Virus record (IMG/VR): IMGVR_UViG_3300008107_000471
Coordinates: 1-27,447 of that record
Source: a virus
Lineage: Duplodnaviria; Caudoviricetes
Length of the DNA: 27,447 bases
Direction: 5' to 3' (one strand)
Every line of letters starts with the position of its first letter. Within the stretch, counting starts at the first letter, position 1. Made by a program: the position numbers and the translations under genes. This document shows positions 8,897 through 15,932 of this stretch, one piece after another. The notes under the pieces were generated by a model. It saw only the letters and a program-made list of their open reading frames with translations. It made no database searches and was not told where the DNA came from.

Positions 8897-10450
8897 ATGT
8901 ACCAGACTGCCAAGAAGGCTCGCGAAGCCATGAAGAGCAAGGCCAAGCGCCTTGCTTCTGATCGTCCGCTCCAGAAGGTTGATTCATCGACCTTCCGGCC
9001 CCCGGAGATGCTCAATGCCGATGTGAAGACGGGGCTGCGTCCTGTCTCGCGTCGAGCCTACAAGAGCGGCGGCAAGGTGGACGGCTCCTGCGGTCCCATG
9101 CGCGCGGATCGCAAGGCTCGCAAGTCTGGCGGCAAGACTGAGGCGACTGCTTACGCGAACGCGAAGGTCAATCGCAACGTGAAGGATGCCAACGAGGAGC
9201 GTGAGGGCATCAAGCATGTTGGCGGGATGAAGTCTGGTGGTCGCGCCAAGAAGTACAATGGCGGTCCTATGGCTGGGGCCAATCGCATGATGGCTGACGC
9301 CTCTCAGCGGGCTGGCGTTCCTTCTGCGATGCTTGGCTTCTCCGGTGTGAAGCGTGGCGCTCTGTCCCCGATTCGGGCTACCGGCCTGAAGAAGGGCGGC
9401 AAGGCTGATGACGCCGCGCAGGACAAGGCTCTGGTGAAGAAGGCTGTGCGGCAGCATGAGACGGCGCAGCATGGCGGCAAGCATTCTGAACTGAAGCTGC
9501 GTCGCGGTGGCTATGCCAAGAAGCAGGGTGGCGGCGGCCTCTACCTTACAGAAATGCCGCGCCTGACTCCTGCTGAACTGGAAATGCTTCGCAGGGGGCA
9601 AGATCCGTATGAGGGTGACACCACAAGGGGTCTGACCGACATGCCCAAGCGTGCTGGCAAGCCTACTCCGAGTGCTGGATCTGTTCTGACTGGCGCGGCG
9701 AGCATGTATCGCAAGGATGGCGGCAAGGTCCGCAAGGCTGATGGTGGCGGGGCTGGCAAGAGCGAGATTGAGCGTGTGCTTGAGCGCGCGCGCGCGGGCA
9801 ATCCCGATCCCAAGACTCGCTACGTCAGCTACGCCAAGGAAGAGCGCCGTCCGAGCAAGCCTCCTTCTGCTCTCGATGAAGTCGATGAGGAAATTGCTGA
9901 TACCCAGCGTGAAGCCAAGATGGAAGAGATGTACAAGGCTTTCCGCGCCAAGAAGGCTGCTGCGGCTCGACAGAAGGCGAAGGAGGAGTCCGAGCGCGAC
10001 TCCAACGTGCGTGAGGGTCTCTCGCGTATGCCGATGTTCAAGCATGGCGGCGAGGCAAAGCGCACGGCTCGCGCTAGCGGTGGTCGCACGGGCAAGAAGG
10101 GCAAGGGCAAGACCAACATCAACATCGTGATCGATGCTGGTGGCGCGAAGGCTCCGGGCCTTGGTGCGATGCCTCCGCTGCCGATGCCGGGTGGTCGCCC
10201 TGTTCCGCCGCCGATGCCGGTTGGTGGTCCGGGCGCAGGCGCGCCGATGGGTCTGGGTGCTGGCCCGATGCCGCCTGCCGCGCCGCCTCCTGCGATGCCT
10301 GCTGGCCCGATGCCGATGGCTCGCAAGCACGGTGGTCGCACGATGCGTCGTGCCGGTGGCAAGGTCTATCGGAGCTACAAGGACATGGATGCTGGCGCGG
10401 GTTCCGGTCTCGGTCGCCTTGAGAAGACGGAGATCGCACGGAGGAACTGA
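8897..10450 (+). CDS. Highly basic Lys/Arg/Gly-rich protein with about 13 xKxGG repeats and a Pro/Met-rich C-terminal segment; putative internal head/core protein
   Basis: 517-aa ORF with strong SD AAGGAG and high-expression-type codon usage. Repeats include YKSGGKV, RKSGGKT, MKSGGRA, LKKGGKA, RKDGGKV, FKHGGEA, RASGGRT, RKHGGRT and RRAGGKV. The function is inferred. Confidence 0.6.
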   Translation: MYQTAKKAREAMKSKAKRLASDRPLQKVDSSTFRPPEMLNADVKTGLRPVSRRAYKSGGKVDGSCGPMRADRKARKSGGKTEATAYANAKVNRNVKDANEEREGIKHVGGMKSGGRAKKYNGGPMAGANRMMADASQRAGVPSAMLGFSGVKRGALSPIRATGLKKGGKADDAAQDKALVKKAVRQHETAQHGGKHSELKLRRGGYAKKQGGGGLYLTEMPRLTPAELEMLRRGQDPYEGDTTRGLTDMPKRAGKPTPSAGSVLTGAASMYRKDGGKVRKADGGGAGKSEIERVLERARAGNPDPKTRYVSYAKEERRPSKPPSALDEVDEEIADTQREAKMEEMYKAFRAKKAAAARQKAKEESERDSNVREGLSRMPMFKHGGEAKRTARASGGRTGKKGKGKTNINIVIDAGGAKAPGLGAMPPLPMPGGRPVPPPMPVGGPGAGAPMGLGAGPMPPAAPPPAMPAGPMPMARKHGGRTMRRAGGKVYRSYKDMDAGAGSGLGRLEKTEIARRN

Positions 10451-10561
10451 TCCGTCAGACCTTGTCTCCCGGCAAACTGACGGATCGGGGAGAGGATGTG
10501 AACCCCCCTCACATTCTCTCCCCAACAGACCTACATAGAGGGGGGACTGCGAGGGGGCAGT
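10449..10561 (+). promoter_or_regulatory. Structured intergenic element (three hairpins, possible pseudoknot onto the SD region)
   Basis: GATCCGTCAG(10449-58)/CTGACGGATC(10477-86); GGGGAGAGGATGTGA(10487-501)/TCACATTCTCTCCCC(10509-23); ACTGC/GCAGT(10546-61). CCCCCCTC(10503-10) is complementary to GAGGGGGG(10538-45). Confidence 0.6.
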
Positions 10562-10562
10562 A

Positions 10563-10763
10563 ATGTTGACGCATCAAGCGTTCTATCAGAATGAATTGAG
10601 GAAGAATTTGCTTGAGAGAATTGAGGTTGCAAAAGACAGCCTCGTCACATCTCACACAGCAATCGAACACGCCGACTACAAGTTCAGGGTTGGTGTTATT
10701 CACGGGCTTCAGGCTGCGCTTGAGGCGTGTGAAGAAGTTGAATCTGAACTAAACAAACGGTAG
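10563..10763 (+). CDS. Small conserved phage protein upstream of GroES
   Basis: 66 aa, helical, Y..RVG.I.GL..A pattern, G-rich SD upstream; fits the operon packing. Confidence 0.7.
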   Translation: MLTHQAFYQNELRKNLLERIEVAKDSLVTSHTAIEHADYKFRVGVIHGLQAALEACEEVESELNKR

Positions 10764-10771
10764 GGGGTATC

Positions 10772-11164
10772 ATGCCGTACATGCGTATGACTCACGATGT
10801 CGATCCGACCAAGAAGATCCTCGATGAAATCGGTGATCTGTCTACAGTCGAGATCTTCAACAACCAGATCCTTGTTGGCGTCTATATTCGCCCGCAGAAG
10901 ACCAAGAGTGGTCTCTATCTGTCGGACAAGACTACTGACGAGGACCGTTTTCAGTCGAAGGTCGGGCTGCTGCTGAAGGTTGGCTCTCGCGCTTTCGAGG
11001 AGAACGAAGAGGGATGGTTCAAGGGAGACAAGTTCAGCCTGCATGACTGGCTGGTCTTCCGTCCGTCCGATGGCTGGAGCATCACCGTGAATGGTGTTCT
11101 GTGCCGAATGCTTGCGGATACGCAGGTGAAGGGGCGCGTGAAGTTCCCCGATGAAGTTTGGTGA
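10772..11164 (+). CDS. groES: GroES/Cpn10-like co-chaperonin
   Basis: NQILV...KTKSGLYL (mobile loop)...VGLLLKVGSRAF...W.K.D...DWLVF...G..CRML.D matches the Cpn10 pattern. Confidence 0.8.
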   Translation: MPYMRMTHDVDPTKKILDEIGDLSTVEIFNNQILVGVYIRPQKTKSGLYLSDKTTDEDRFQSKVGLLLKVGSRAFEENEEGWFKGDKFSLHDWLVFRPSDGWSITVNGVLCRMLADTQVKGRVKFPDEVW

Positions 11165-11174
11165 GGAGAAAGTC

Positions 11175-12065
11175 ATGTCTGATCCGAAGGACGAACAGCT
11201 TGAGATCAATCTCGATGAGTCGGCAAAGGACACGGAGCCGAAGGTTGAGGTGAGCGACGATCCGGTGGTTGAAGCTGCGCCGGAACCCGATCCTGCTCCT
11301 GTCGAAGATCCCTTGAAGGCGATTGCAGAGCTTCGTGAGAAGCTTGAGGCAGAGCGTCGGGCGCGTATCGAAGCTGAAAATCGCGCGCGCATGGCGAGCA
11401 GCGAGGTTGATGACACCAATCTTCAGCTTGTGACTGGCGCGATTGAGACGATGCAGCGTGAGCAGGGCATCCTCAAAGGCCAGTTCAAGGAGGCGATGTC
11501 GGTTGGCGACTACGACAAGGCTGCTGAAATTCAGGAAGCCATGTCGAACAACGCCGCAAAGCTGCTTCAGCTTGAGAACGGCAAGGAGGCTATGAAGTCG
11601 AAGCCTCGTCAGGAGCCTGTTCAGAGGTCTTCTGATCCTGTCGAAGCGTTCGCATCTCAGCTTTCGCCTCGTTCTGCTGACTGGGTTCGCAAGAACCCGC
11701 AGTTCGTGACCGATCCGCGCCTCAATCAGAAGATGATTGCGGCTCACAACATCGCTCTTGCCGATGGTCATGTGCCGGATACTGACTCGTACTTCTCTGC
11801 CATCGAGGATACGCTCAGGATTCGACGCTCTGAACAGCCTCGCGCAGAGGAAACGACGGAGTCTCCCTTGTCTGCTGCTGCCAAACCTGTCGCTCGCTCT
11901 GTTCCGCCCGCTGCTGCACCCGCAAATCGCAGCGGAAATGGTCGTGCGAACGTCGTTCGACTTACGCGAGCGGAGGCTGACACGGCAAAGATGCTCGGCA
12001 TGACCGAAACCGAGTACGCGAAGCACAAACTGGCCCTCCAAAAGGAGGGCAAGCTGCCCAATTGA
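11175..12065 (+). CDS. Putative capsid scaffolding protein
   Basis: ATG at 11175 after SD GAGGAG. Acidic N-terminus, long coiled coil and C-terminal VRLT..E...AKMLGM...EYAK; lies upstream of the capsid genes. Confidence 0.65.
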   Translation: MSDPKDEQLEINLDESAKDTEPKVEVSDDPVVEAAPEPDPAPVEDPLKAIAELREKLEAERRARIEAENRARMASSEVDDTNLQLVTGAIETMQREQGILKGQFKEAMSVGDYDKAAEIQEAMSNNAAKLLQLENGKEAMKSKPRQEPVQRSSDPVEAFASQLSPRSADWVRKNPQFVTDPRLNQKMIAAHNIALADGHVPDTDSYFSAIEDTLRIRRSEQPRAEETTESPLSAAAKPVARSVPPAAAPANRSGNGRANVVRLTRAEADTAKMLGMTETEYAKHKLALQKEGKLPN

Positions 12066-12076
12066 GGAGATAGATC

Positions 12077-12694
12077 ATGGAAAACGTCATCAATCCCGCT
12101 GCTCCGACCGTTTCCGAGGCTCCCCGCAGGCGCGGCAGGCCCCCGAGGACTGTCCAGAAGGTCGAGGAGACCGTCGAGGAGACTGTTGCAGCCGTGCCGA
12201 GGGCTGAGATGCGCTCCGAGGTGCGTGAGGAAGACCCGCGCGCCCGTGCTGCTCGTCGTGCAGCAGAGATCCGGGGTCATCTTGGCGACATGGATCAGGG
12301 TACGGACGAGTTCTACATCGACCCAACCCTCATTCCCGAGGGCTGGACGTATGAGTGGAAGCGGTTTCAGGTGCTGGGGCAGGAAGACGCCACGCATCAG
12401 GTTCATCTGGCGCGGATGGGCTGGGAAGTCGTTCCTGCTCGTCGCCATCCCGGCATGATGCCCTCGTCGTGGACCAAGGGAACCATCGAGCGCAAGGGAA
12501 TGGTGCTGATGGAGCGTCCCACGGAGGTTGTCGAGGAAGCTCGTCGCATCCAGCAGAAGGTCGCCAAGGATCAGGTGCGCGCCAAGGAGGCCCAGATCGC
12601 CGGTACTCCTGATGGCACCATGACTCGCGACCATGTCCTTGCACGACCGAAGATCAACAAGAGCTATGAGCCGATCCCGATTCCGAAGGAGTAA
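12077..12694 (+). CDS. Conserved phage head-module protein of unknown function
   Basis: SD GAGGAG; N-terminal RRGRPP (AT-hook-like); PEGWTYEWKR...GWEVVP...GMVLMERP pattern, as recalled for genes between scaffold and capsid in such phages. Confidence 0.65.
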   Translation: MENVINPAAPTVSEAPRRRGRPPRTVQKVEETVEETVAAVPRAEMRSEVREEDPRARAARRAAEIRGHLGDMDQGTDEFYIDPTLIPEGWTYEWKRFQVLGQEDATHQVHLARMGWEVVPARRHPGMMPSSWTKGTIERKGMVLMERPTEVVEEARRIQQKVAKDQVRAKEAQIAGTPDGTMTRDHVLARPKINKSYEPIPIPKE

Positions 12695-12717
12695 ATAGGC
12701 ACTACAATGCTGACATG

Positions 12718-12756
12718 AAAAGGGGGGAGATTGATTTCTCCCCCCTTTACTTTTCT
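12718..12756 (+). terminator. Rho-independent terminator (possibly bidirectional)
   Basis: AAAGGGGGGAGA(12719-30)/TCTCCCCCCTTT(12737-48) perfect 12-bp stem followed by ACTTTTCT, with an A-run on the 5' side. Confidence 0.75.
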
Positions 12757-12780
12757 AACCAACCATGTGAATAGTTTTGA

Positions 12781-12860
12781 GCCTCCCCCGGTGAGGAGGT
12801 TTTTCATCCCGGTCATAAGTCGCCCCGGTGTGCGATGATGGACCTCCTGAAGAAGGAGAA
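12781..12860 (+). promoter_or_regulatory. Leader of capsid operon with twin CCCGGTG-loop hairpins
   Basis: GCCTCC-cccggtga-GGAGGT(12781-800) and TCGC-cccggtgt-GCGA(12820-35), the latter nested in GGTC/GACC; a third CCCGGT at 12808; SD AAGGAG at 12853. Confidence 0.5.
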
Positions 12861-12866
12861 TCCGTT

Positions 12867-13448
12867 ATGGCGAACACCAATGCGCCTTTCGGCTTCCGGC
12901 AGTATCAGGGGACTGGCTCTGCTCCGACGTATGAGCAGGTTCCCGTCAAGATTGCCTACAACGCGACGAACATCTTCTTTGGCGACCCGGTTGAGCCGGA
13001 TGCCAACGGGTATGTGGTTCAGGGTGACGGCACGACAGCGGCTGCTGGCATTGCTGGCATCTTTGTCGGCTGTCAGTACCTCTCGGTCGCCCAGAAGCGC
13101 ACCGTGTGGTCGAACTACTGGCCCGGCTCGGATGTCGCTTCGACGCAGACCGTCACGGGCTACATCGTCAATGATCCGAATGCCAAGTTCGTCGTCCAGT
13201 CGGACGCGACCGGCATCGTGCAGGGCGATGTGAACCTGAACGTCGCCTACACCATCGGCACCGGCAATACGTCGAGCGGCATCTCGGGCGCGTTCATCTC
13301 TGGCGCGAACACGACCAACACCCTGCCGTTCCGCATCGTCGGCCTGATCACCGACCCTCCGGGTTCGGCTGGCACGGAGAGTGGCGCGTACAACTGGGTG
13401 GTCGTTGCGTTCAACAACGTCGCCACCAAGTCCCTCACGGGCATCTGA
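12867..13448 (+). CDS. Putative minor capsid / head decoration protein
   Basis: ATG at 12867 after AAGGAG. MANTNAPFGFR...IFFGDPV...GIFVGCQY...V.DP...F.VQ; beta-rich; immediately upstream of the major capsid gene. Confidence 0.65.
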   Translation: MANTNAPFGFRQYQGTGSAPTYEQVPVKIAYNATNIFFGDPVEPDANGYVVQGDGTTAAAGIAGIFVGCQYLSVAQKRTVWSNYWPGSDVASTQTVTGYIVNDPNAKFVVQSDATGIVQGDVNLNVAYTIGTGNTSSGISGAFISGANTTNTLPFRIVGLITDPPGSAGTESGAYNWVVVAFNNVATKSLTGI

Positions 13449-13463
13449 GAGGAGTAAGCACCA

Positions 13464-14375
13464 ATGGCTGTTAATCTTAGTGCCATCAAGGATCTGCTCC
13501 TCCCCGGCCTCCGTGGCATCGAGGGCAAGTACGAGCAGATCCCGTCGCAGTACGACAAGATCTTCACGAAGCATGAGTCGAAGATGGCTCTGGAGCGCAC
13601 CGCTGAGATGCGCTTCCTTGGCCTCGCGCAGCTCAAGACTGAAGGTGGTCAGACTGCTTTCGACAACAGCGCGGGCGAGCGTTACGTCTACAATCAGGAG
13701 CATACCGAGATCGCTCTCGGGTATGCCATCACTCGCAAGGCGATTGATGACAACCTGTACAAGACGCAGTTCATGCCGTCGAACCTTGGTCTCATCGAGT
13801 CCTTCCAGCAGACCAAGGAGATCTATGGCGCGAACGTCCTGAACACCGCGACCACCTACAATGCGTCGATTGGTGGTGACGGCAAGGCTCTCGTCGCGAG
13901 CGACCATCCGATTGATGGTGGCACGGTTGCGAACACGCCTGCGACGCAGGTGGAACTCAACGAGTCCACCCTGCTCAACGGCATGATCGCTGTCCGCGCC
14001 AACTTCAAGGATCAGGCTGGCCTGAAGGTGTTTGCGCGCGCGCGCAAGCTCATCGTGCCGACTGCTCTGGAGCCGGTTGCGATCCGACTGACGAAGACGG
14101 AACTGCGTCCGGGTACCGCGGACAATGATGTGAACGCGATCCTTATGACTTCCGGTGGTCTGCCGGAAGGCTACATGGTCAGCGACTTCCTCACATCGTC
14201 TTCGGCTTGGTTCCTGCTCACGAACATTGACGGTCTCTCGTACATGGAGCGCGTCAAGTTTGAGTCGGACATGCAGGTCGATTTCGTCACGGACAACCTG
14301 CTGGTGAAGGGCTACGAGCGTTACAGCTTCGCCTACTACAACTGGCGAGCGATCTGGGCGTCGTTCCCGACCTGA
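13464..14375 (+). CDS. Major capsid protein (HK97 fold, Mu gpT-like)
   Basis: 303 aa. LLPGL, K.EG....FD, Y.H...ALGYAITRKAIDDNLY, GGDGKAL....HP, KLIVP..L, GTADNDVN, AWFLLT and ERYSF...WR motifs; strongly biased codons; strong SD. Confidence 0.9.
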   Translation: MAVNLSAIKDLLLPGLRGIEGKYEQIPSQYDKIFTKHESKMALERTAEMRFLGLAQLKTEGGQTAFDNSAGERYVYNQEHTEIALGYAITRKAIDDNLYKTQFMPSNLGLIESFQQTKEIYGANVLNTATTYNASIGGDGKALVASDHPIDGGTVANTPATQVELNESTLLNGMIAVRANFKDQAGLKVFARARKLIVPTALEPVAIRLTKTELRPGTADNDVNAILMTSGGLPEGYMVSDFLTSSSAWFLLTNIDGLSYMERVKFESDMQVDFVTDNLLVKGYERYSFAYYNWRAIWASFPT

Positions 14376-14379
14376 CCAA

Positions 14380-14484
14380 GGAGGGGGGCGGGGAAACTCG
14401 TCCCCCTTCGCACTCCGGGGAACCGGATCACGTTGACTGCCCCGGCAGACGCTGCACCGACAACGTGATCTCATCGTGCAGGAG
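14380..14484 (+). ncRNA. Candidate cis-regulatory structured RNA between the capsid gene and the next gene
   Basis: 13-bp stem with GAAA loop (14380-409); TCCGG-ggaa-CCGGA(14414-27); GATCACGTTG(14426-35)/CAACGTGATC(14461-70) enclosing CTGC-cccg-GCAG; CTGCAC(14452-57)/GTGCAG(14476-81) crosses the stem and reaches the SD. Confidence 0.6.
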
Positions 14485-14490
14485 ACTTGA

Positions 14491-14958
14491 ATGGCAACCA
14501 CGACATTTACTGGCCCGGTCAAGGCTGGCGATGTTCTGAACACGACTGGCTCGACTGCCGGTACGGTGAAGAACGTCGGCTTCGTTGAGATGGTCCAGTC
14601 TGTGGCTATCACGCAGTCTGCAACGGCTGCTGCTACCACCATCTGCATCCCCGCCAACAGCCAGATCATCGACATCTCTGCGCTCGTCACGACGGGCTTC
14701 ACGGGTGCTGCTGGCACTCTGAATGTTGGCACGACCTCCACCTCGACTGAGCTTGTCGCGGCGGCGAACTTCGACCTTGCGGCTGTTGGTCTTGCGAGTG
14801 CCTCTCCCGGCACGGACGCGACGCGCACAGCCAAGTGGATCGATGTCGGCACCACCGATGTCATCATCTACGTCAAGGCGGCGAACGCTCCGTCTGGCTC
14901 GACTGGCGCGGCGATCCTGACGGTTCGCTACGTTCAGGCTATCAATCTCACAGCGTGA
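14491..14958 (+). CDS. Putative virion structural (capsid spike/decoration) protein
   Basis: MATTTFTGPVKAG...IPANSQIIDI...LNVG...G.AILTVRYVQ; Thr/Ala-rich beta protein directly after the capsid gene. Confidence 0.6.
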   Translation: MATTTFTGPVKAGDVLNTTGSTAGTVKNVGFVEMVQSVAITQSATAAATTICIPANSQIIDISALVTTGFTGAAGTLNVGTTSTSTELVAAANFDLAAVGLASASPGTDATRTAKWIDVGTTDVIIYVKAANAPSGSTGAAILTVRYVQAINLTA

Positions 14959-14972
14959 TCAGGAGAGAAACC

Positions 14973-15230
14973 ATGAAGGGCAAGACTCAGAAGGGTGTGA
15001 AGGCGCAGCAGGATCTCCGTAGCGGGTTCTATGCTGGCGCGGGTTCCAACGTCGCTTCCGAGGCCAAGAGCAAGGCCGAGGGCTTCAAGCGTGGTGGCAA
15101 GGCGAAGCACATGGGCAAGGTCCACGGTGCCGCTGCGATGGCTCACGCTGGTCGCAAGCCGCGCAAGTCGGGTGGTGGCGTTTTCTCGTCCGCTGCCAAG
15201 GGTTCGATGCGCCCCGGCTTTGAGGGCTGA
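14973..15230 (+). CDS. Small basic Gly-Gly-motif protein (85 aa)
   Basis: ATG at 14973 after AGGAG; the track start 14835 overlaps the upstream gene. Contains FKRGGKA and RKSGGGV; similar to segments of the 8897 protein. Confidence 0.7.
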   Translation: MKGKTQKGVKAQQDLRSGFYAGAGSNVASEAKSKAEGFKRGGKAKHMGKVHGAAAMAHAGRKPRKSGGGVFSSAAKGSMRPGFEG

Positions 15231-15252
15231 ACTCCGACGATAGTCTGAACTT

Positions 15253-15280
15253 GAGCGGGGGCCTAGCGCCCCCGTTCTTG
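15253..15280 (+). terminator. Terminator-like GC hairpin
   Basis: GAGCGGGGGC(15253-62)/GCCCCCGTTC(15268-77), with only a short U-tract. Confidence 0.45.
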
Positions 15281-15293
15281 CATGGAGAGAGCG

Positions 15294-15533
15294 ATGCCGG
15301 GTGCATGGACACGCAAGGAGGGGAAGAATCCCTCCGGTGGTCTGAACGAGAAGGGTCGTGCTTCTCTGCGCGCGCAGGGGCATGACATCAAGCGTCCGCA
15401 GCCCGAGGGTGGTTCGCGGCGCGATAGCTTTTGCGCCCGGATGACGGGCATGAAGCGCAAGCTGACAGGCTCTGCGAAGGCTGCTGATCCCAACAGCCGG
15501 ATCAATAAGAGCCTGCGGGCTTGGAACTGCTGA
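15294..15533 (+). CDS. Small basic conserved phage protein
   Basis: ATG at 15294 after GGAG; GGLN.KGR...RRDSFCARM...DPNSRINKSLRAWNC pattern, recalled from aquatic phages. Confidence 0.7.
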   Translation: MPGAWTRKEGKNPSGGLNEKGRASLRAQGHDIKRPQPEGGSRRDSFCARMTGMKRKLTGSAKAADPNSRINKSLRAWNC

Positions 15534-15931
15534 TGTCTGCCAAGCCTCAGAATTCAGGTCTCTGGGGCAGAGCCAAGGCTGCTGCTCGGGCCAAGTTTGA
15601 TGTGTACCCTTCTGCCTATGCCAACGCATGGGCATCGAAGTGGTACAAGTCGCATGGCGGCAAGTGGTCTGGCTCGGACAACCGTGTCGCCAAGGCGTCT
15701 GGAGGCGGGCTAGGAAAGTGGTTCGCTGAAGACTGGCGAGATGTGAAGACCGGCAAGGAATGTGGTAGGATCGAAGGAGAGAAGGGCAAGCGTCCGTATC
15801 CTGCCTGCCGTCCTGCCTCTGCTGCTTCGTCCATGACGAGCGCAGAGAAGAGGACGATGGCACGAAAGAAGACCGGCCCCGCTCGCAGATCGTGGCCTGT
15901 TTCTCCCTCTGGAGAGAAGAAGGAAGACTGA
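15533..15931 (+). CDS. Small basic two-module phage protein
   Basis: TGATG coupling at 15531-35. YPSAYANAW...WYK..GG and GLGKWFAEDW.D...CGR...YPACRP modules joined by KASGGG. Confidence 0.7.
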   Translation: MSAKPQNSGLWGRAKAAARAKFDVYPSAYANAWASKWYKSHGGKWSGSDNRVAKASGGGLGKWFAEDWRDVKTGKECGRIEGEKGKRPYPACRPASAASSMTSAEKRTMARKKTGPARRSWPVSPSGEKKED

Positions 15932-15932
15932 A

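Noticed and set aside
12746-12775. Sigma70-like promoter (TTTACT...AATAGT) ahead of the capsid operon
   Set aside because: The match is weak and overlaps the terminator U-tract, so it cannot be supported from sequence alone.
12813-14867. 684-aa minus-strand ORF (also 8984..10525, 14934..16421, 11082..12041 and 11768..12634)
   Set aside because: These are antisense shadows of strongly codon-biased plus-strand genes. They have no recognisable motifs and an atypical composition.
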